A DNA stretch of 64,000 bases from NCBI GenBank assembly GCA_963797095.1, contig CAWCNY010000001.1, positions 256,001 to 320,000 on the forward strand. Direction: 5' to 3'. Source of the DNA: an uncultured Chloroflexia bacterium (GTDB lineage: Bacteria > Chloroflexota > Chloroflexia > QHBQ01 > JADMIH01). Shown here in pieces: positions 59,954 through 64,000 of this stretch (positions within the stretch are counted from its first letter, which is position 1; each line of letters starts with the position of its first letter). The notes beneath the pieces are model-generated. The model did no database searches. It saw only the letters and a list, made by a program, of their open reading frames with translations, and had not been told where the DNA came from. The translations under genes were made by a program, and so were the position numbers.

Positions 59954-61183
59954 CTAAAGCGAATCAGATACGTCGGACACCGCTATCCACCGCTCCTCAC
60001 GGGCGCTGCGCAGGATAACTTCTGCCACCAGCCGCTCACGATGCCCGTCCTCAAAAGTTGGGAAAGTGGGCGCGGCCGCAACGTCGCCCCTGTCCAGGTA
60101 GCCATAGAAGTCCCGGCAAAGGCTTCCCAAAGGGTCAGGTGAGACATTGAAGGCACCCGAGGGGTAGCCGCCACTTGCAGCGTCACCTGCAGGGTCGCCG
60201 AAGTCGGAGCCCTCTTCCTCCGACGCGTTGGGTCGATCCTTGTGCAGCATCTGGTTGGGTCGATCCTTGTGCAGCATCTGGTTGGGTCGGTCCCAGTGCC
60301 CTATCCATAGCTCATGCGGCTCGTCAGCGCTCCATGCGATGGCCTCGCGCCAGCCGTCGATCTCATACGTAGTTCTGTTCTTGCGTCCGGCGCTGACCCG
60401 GCAGACAGTCAGGACGCTTCGCGCCCCATCTGAATACCTAAGAAAGACGCCCGCATAATCGTCGGTTCTGGCCTCAAGGCCATGCAGCTTCTCATCATCC
60501 TGAACTTGTGCCGGCGATCCCTCGCTGGGAGCACCGCTCCGTCGGGCGGGCTTGCGAGCCACCGACCAGAAGGCGCCCATATCGGCCATAACGGCCTCCA
60601 CTTCCAGCCCCGTGATATATGAGATCAGGTCGATCCGGTGGCCGCCCACGTCCAATGCAGAGGGGATCTCGTCCGCCGGCATCGGCGCCAGGCGCCAATC
60701 CTGCAAGCATGAACCTCGCACGACGTACACGTCTCCAAGCTCCTGGCTCCTAGCCAGCACGTCCACGTGCTGGCTAGGAGGGTAGTACCGCAGGTTGAAC
60801 ACCGTCGCGTTTGCCACCCGCTTTTGCGCCGCGAGCCGGGCCAGCTGATAGGACTCCCTCGGATTCATCGCCAGCGGAGTTTCGCAGGCTACATGTTTAC
60901 GAGCTTCCAGGGAGGCTCTGACCTGCGAGAAGTGCAGATCAGCTGGCGTGGTGATATGCACGACGTCGACCTCAGGGTCGACCAGTAGTTCCTCGGCCGA
61001 GTTGTATAGCCGAGCCATTCTGAATTGCCGGGCTACCTGCTTAGTCTCGTGCGGGTCACTGCCTGCAAGAGCCACGATGCTGTTCCCCAGGCCACTCAGA
61101 GTCTCAAGGTGCGACATGGCAATCGAGTCTGTGCCGATCACACCACGACGCCATTTTGTTCCGACCATCGTCACTCCCTTCAC
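59954..61183 (-). CDS. Degenerate Gfo/Idh/MocA paralog of 53596-54750
   Basis: Same layout but GVIGTDSI (Rossmann glycines lost), CETP instead of CEKP, internal deletion, 27-bp duplication at 60227-60289. Confidence 0.7.
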   Translation of the reverse strand: MKGVTMVGTKWRRGVIGTDSIAMSHLETLSGLGNSIVALAGSDPHETKQVARQFRMARLYNSAEELLVDPEVDVVHITTPADLHFSQVRASLEARKHVACETPLAMNPRESYQLARLAAQKRVANATVFNLRYYPPSQHVDVLARSQELGDVYVVRGSCLQDWRLAPMPADEIPSALDVGGHRIDLISYITGLEVEAVMADMGAFWSVARKPARRSGAPSEGSPAQVQDDEKLHGLEARTDDYAGVFLRYSDGARSVLTVCRVSAGRKNRTTYEIDGWREAIAWSADEPHELWIGHWDRPNQMLHKDRPNQMLHKDRPNASEEEGSDFGDPAGDAASGGYPSGAFNVSPDPLGSLCRDFYGYLDRGDVAAAPTFPTFEDGHRERLVAEVILRSAREERWIAVSDVSDSL

Positions 61184-61282
61184 TCGGCCCCCTCCCCAGT
61201 CAGCCCCAGCACTAGCGCATTTCCAACAGAGGTTCGCGAAATCAGGCTTCTCTTCCCCAGCAAATCAGCACGTAAGGGCCAG

Positions 61283-61687
61283 TCAACTCGCCAGGGTAAG
61301 TTGCTTGCTGTCCTGACCGAAGAAACCTTTCCCGCCGAAAGAGAGGATGTAGGAGATCACCATGTGCTGCCGCAGCTCCACCGTGTGCTCGCCCGGCGCC
61401 AGGCCGCCCGGTTTGTCCACGGTCAGGATGCCGACATCTCCAAACTCCCACTTCTCTTCCGTTTCGTTCTTGATTTCGCTCAAGCGGAAGTTGTGGCCGT
61501 TGATGGTAAGCGTTATCTGCTCGGGAGCGAAGCGCTCGCCGTCGACGGTGAGATCCGTATCGCCCAGCAGCGACAGCACGACGCCGCGATAATAGGGCAG
61601 GCGTATACCGATCTGGAAACCGGTCACCTTGCCCTCCTGCTCGACGTTGCGGAATACCTCACCCACGATCAAATACTTGTCAAACAT
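61283..61687 (-). CDS. C-glycoside deglycosidase beta subunit 5
   Basis: MFDKYLI..FRNV..GFQIGIRLPYYRGVVLS..VDGE..KWEFG..KPGGLAPGEH..ISYI. Confidence 0.87.
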   Translation of the reverse strand: MFDKYLIVGEVFRNVEQEGKVTGFQIGIRLPYYRGVVLSLLGDTDLTVDGERFAPEQITLTINGHNFRLSEIKNETEEKWEFGDVGILTVDKPGGLAPGEHTVELRQHMVISYILSFGGKGFFGQDSKQLTLAS

Positions 61688-61730
61688 CGTACATTTACCT
61701 CCCCTGCCCACCGGCAGGCTCAACTCGTGA

Positions 61731-62720
61731 CTATTCCTCGCCCAGTAGCCGCTTGAACATCTCCTGCTCGCGGCGTACCTGCTCCACGCTGTCCACCTCG
61801 TATACATCCTGTATATGGCGGTTGCCCTCGTACTCGCTGGACAGGTAGCCGCCGTAGCCCGCCTCCACAAGAACCGGGATGACGTCCTCGTAGGGGATGC
61901 TGTACTCGGTGTAGTCGGGCAGCATCTCGTAGAACTTGGCGTGGATATGGAAGATGAAGTCCTTTATCTTCAGCAGATCGCGCGGGTTTGAGTAGATGTA
62001 GTGGCCCGCCATACTCGCCAGGGCCACGTCTTGCTCGTTGCCGCCCATCGCTTTGACCTTGTCGACCAGGTCGTCCAGCGGTTCGTGGCTGTAGTAGCGC
62101 TCTACTATATACCCGACTATAGTCTCCTGGGCGCCGTCGCGCACGTAGCGCTCGGTAATTACTCGAGGGAAGCGCTTGACGAAGATGCCCATGTCGGGGA
62201 TAAACCCGAGGAACTTCGTGCCCGTGCGCTCTATAGTCTCGATGTGGGCCTTGATGCGCTCGTGGTCCACACTGAACGGCGAGTGGATCTCGACGCCCAT
62301 CTTCACGCCTATCTCCTCGGCGTATGGTATCGCCTTCTCCGCAATCTCAGGCGGTGTGTTTGCTATGACTCGGATTACCGGGCAGCCGAGCTTCTTCGCG
62401 AACTGCAGGTCGCGCACCACCGAGCGCAGCATTTCGTCCTCGTCCAGCAGGCGGCCCTGGTAGCGGTTGCGGTCAAGGAACATGTCGTGGCAGGTGGGCG
62501 TTGTGCCGTACCTCTCCATCCATTCGTGCCAGTTGTCGAAGAAGGCCCCGCCCGGGTTGGGGAAGCCGGGGGCCATCTGCTCGCCGATGATCTCTATGCC
62601 CTTTGCGCCCATCCTGGCAGCGGCGGCTATGCAATCTTCCAGGCTCATCTTGCGCAGGAAGTACTCTTCCTGGAAGCTGTACAGGCTCACTCCGCGTCTA
62701 ATGCCGGTCGTGTTGGTCAT
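61731..62720 (-). CDS. C-glycoside deglycosidase alpha subunit 5
   Basis: RGVSLYSFQEEY, GVEIHSP, IPDMGIF, HIHAKFYEM, EYSIPY, SSEYEGNR. Confidence 0.87.
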   Translation of the reverse strand: MTNTTGIRRGVSLYSFQEEYFLRKMSLEDCIAAAARMGAKGIEIIGEQMAPGFPNPGGAFFDNWHEWMERYGTTPTCHDMFLDRNRYQGRLLDEDEMLRSVVRDLQFAKKLGCPVIRVIANTPPEIAEKAIPYAEEIGVKMGVEIHSPFSVDHERIKAHIETIERTGTKFLGFIPDMGIFVKRFPRVITERYVRDGAQETIVGYIVERYYSHEPLDDLVDKVKAMGGNEQDVALASMAGHYIYSNPRDLLKIKDFIFHIHAKFYEMLPDYTEYSIPYEDVIPVLVEAGYGGYLSSEYEGNRHIQDVYEVDSVEQVRREQEMFKRLLGEE

Positions 62721-62784
62721 TGTTTTTACCTCTTCGCGGCCCTGGGCCGTAGAGCGTGGTGACCTGGCTTCCACCCGGCACGCC

Positions 62785-63714
62785 CTACTCGGACCGGGCC
62801 AGTATGCTATCGATATCTTTCAGTTCCTCGGGCGTCAGGGTCCAACCGGCGGCCGCGACGTTGGCCCGTACTTGCTCAGGCTTCGTCGCACCGGCGAAAA
62901 CCGAGGCCACGACCGGGCGCGCGAGCAGCCATGAGACCGCGAGATCGAGCAGCGACCGGTCGTGAGCTTGCGCGAAGCTTATGAGGTCTTCGACCAGCGC
63001 CAGGTTGCGCTCCGTGAGGACCTGTGAGGCCCGGTCGCCAGGATCAGCGATGCGCGTCCCCTGCGGTACAGGTTTGCCGGCGCGAAACTTACCTGTGAGC
63101 AGCCCGTTAGCGAGGGGTGTATAAGGCAAGAAGGCCAGCCCTTGCCTTTCGCACTCAGGCAGGAGTTCCTGCTCCGCGTCGCGGCGCAGCATGTTGTACT
63201 GGTTCTGGACGCTGACAAAGTGCACGCCCTGGCCCTGGGCGGCATCCTCCGCCGCGCGCAACTGCTCCTCCGTGAAGTTTGAGCAGCCTATCTCGCGCAC
63301 CTTGCCCGCCCGCACCAGATCGGCGAGCGCGCCCAGCGTCTCCTCAAGCGGGGTCCTGGGGTCAGGCTGGTGAAACTGGTAGAGGTCGATCCGGTCGGTG
63401 CCGAGCCGGCGCAGGCTGCCTTCCACCGCCTGCTGTATGTAGGCCGGGCTGCCGCCGCTCTCCGGCCCCGACGTGTGATGCCCGAACTTGGTGGCCACGG
63501 CCACCTCATTGCGGCGGCTGCCCAGCGCCCGGCCGAGGTACTCCTCGCTCTTGCCGGCGCCGTACATTTCGGCTGTGTCGAAGAAGGTCACACCGGCATC
63601 AAGCGCGGCGTTGACGACAACCGCCGTGCCCTCGGCATCGAGCCGACGGCCGAAATTGTTGCACCCCAGGCCCACCACCGATACCTGGAGCGATCCTAGC
63701 TTGCGAGTTTCCAT
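62785..63714 (-). CDS. Aldo/keto reductase
   Basis: VGLGCNNFG, FFDTAEMYG, ATKFG, SLRRLGTDRIDLYQFH, GCSNF, PLANGLLTGK. Confidence 0.92.
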   Translation of the reverse strand: METRKLGSLQVSVVGLGCNNFGRRLDAEGTAVVVNAALDAGVTFFDTAEMYGAGKSEEYLGRALGSRRNEVAVATKFGHHTSGPESGGSPAYIQQAVEGSLRRLGTDRIDLYQFHQPDPRTPLEETLGALADLVRAGKVREIGCSNFTEEQLRAAEDAAQGQGVHFVSVQNQYNMLRRDAEQELLPECERQGLAFLPYTPLANGLLTGKFRAGKPVPQGTRIADPGDRASQVLTERNLALVEDLISFAQAHDRSLLDLAVSWLLARPVVASVFAGATKPEQVRANVAAAGWTLTPEELKDIDSILARSE

Positions 63715-63755
63715 AAGGCCGGTATTCCTTTTATGCACTTGCGCCTCGCCATGGC

Positions 63756-64000
63756 CTAGGCGGCTACTTTGAGCACCTTCGTATCGCGTCCCGCGAAGGT
63801 CTGCTGCCAGTAGCCGATCCGCAGGTAGGGTGCGAGCGACAGTGTGTGCTCGCCCGGCTTGAGGCCGCCCGGCTGATCTATCGTCACGATGCCCACCTCG
63901 CCGAACTCCCACCGGTCGTTTTCCTCTGTGAGAAACTGGTCGAGAGTGTACGTGTTGCCGTGGAGAGTCACGCGGATCCGGTCACGCGGTATGCTCTCAC
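63756..64000 (-). CDS. C-glycoside deglycosidase beta subunit 6 (partial at window edge)
   Basis: RWEFGEVG..QPGGLKPGEHTL..LRIGY, clear paralog of beta 3 and beta 5. Confidence 0.8.
   Translation of the reverse strand, partial: ESIPRDRIRVTLHGNTYTLDQFLTEENDRWEFGEVGIVTIDQPGGLKPGEHTLSLAPYLRIGYWQQTFAGRDTKVLKVAA

Noticed and set aside
43150-62720. Annotating the TIM-barrel genes as xylose isomerases or AP endonucleases
   Set aside because: Consistent pairing with small YR-motif subunits and the shared motif set fit C-glycoside deglycosidase alpha subunits better
1-64000. rRNA, tRNA, prophage or anti-phage defence genes
   Set aside because: None recognised by eye; covariance-model and HMM searches would be needed to exclude small or divergent ones

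Overview
This 64-kb bacterial window is GC-rich (roughly 60%). Gene content and IS types suggest a Chloroflexota-like organism (inference only). The left part (1-33.8 kb) is an IS-scarred accessory region. It holds a USP gene end, ackA, a GT-C membrane glycosyltransferase, a nested Tn3/GH31/IS6/IS4 stack, a MalT-like LuxR module, CoA-disulfide reductase-rhodanese, bacterioferritin, glutamate dehydrogenase, nifJ plus a DHOD-like gene, an ECF sigma/SDR/PRC-barrel trio, a fused kinase-response regulator and a broken mgtA. IS6 ends bracket most of it. The right part (33.8-64 kb) is the main finding: an apparent C-glycoside (e.g. C-glycosylflavonoid) catabolic island. It carries at least five alpha/beta C-glycoside deglycosidase (C-C lyase) pairs plus a sixth beta subunit at the window edge, five Gfo/Idh/MocA oxidoreductases (two DgpA-like) and sugar-salvage genes (isomerase, AKR, glucokinase). 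A LacI regulator sits next to a perfect 40-bp palindrome with face-to-face promoters. An adjacent fde-like aromatic ring-cleavage operon encodes a VOC dioxygenase, FAD monooxygenase, cyclase, FAH, epimerase and hydrolase. Many short tandem duplications are scattered through the window and are in frame inside intact genes. All calls come from motif reading; no database searches were run.
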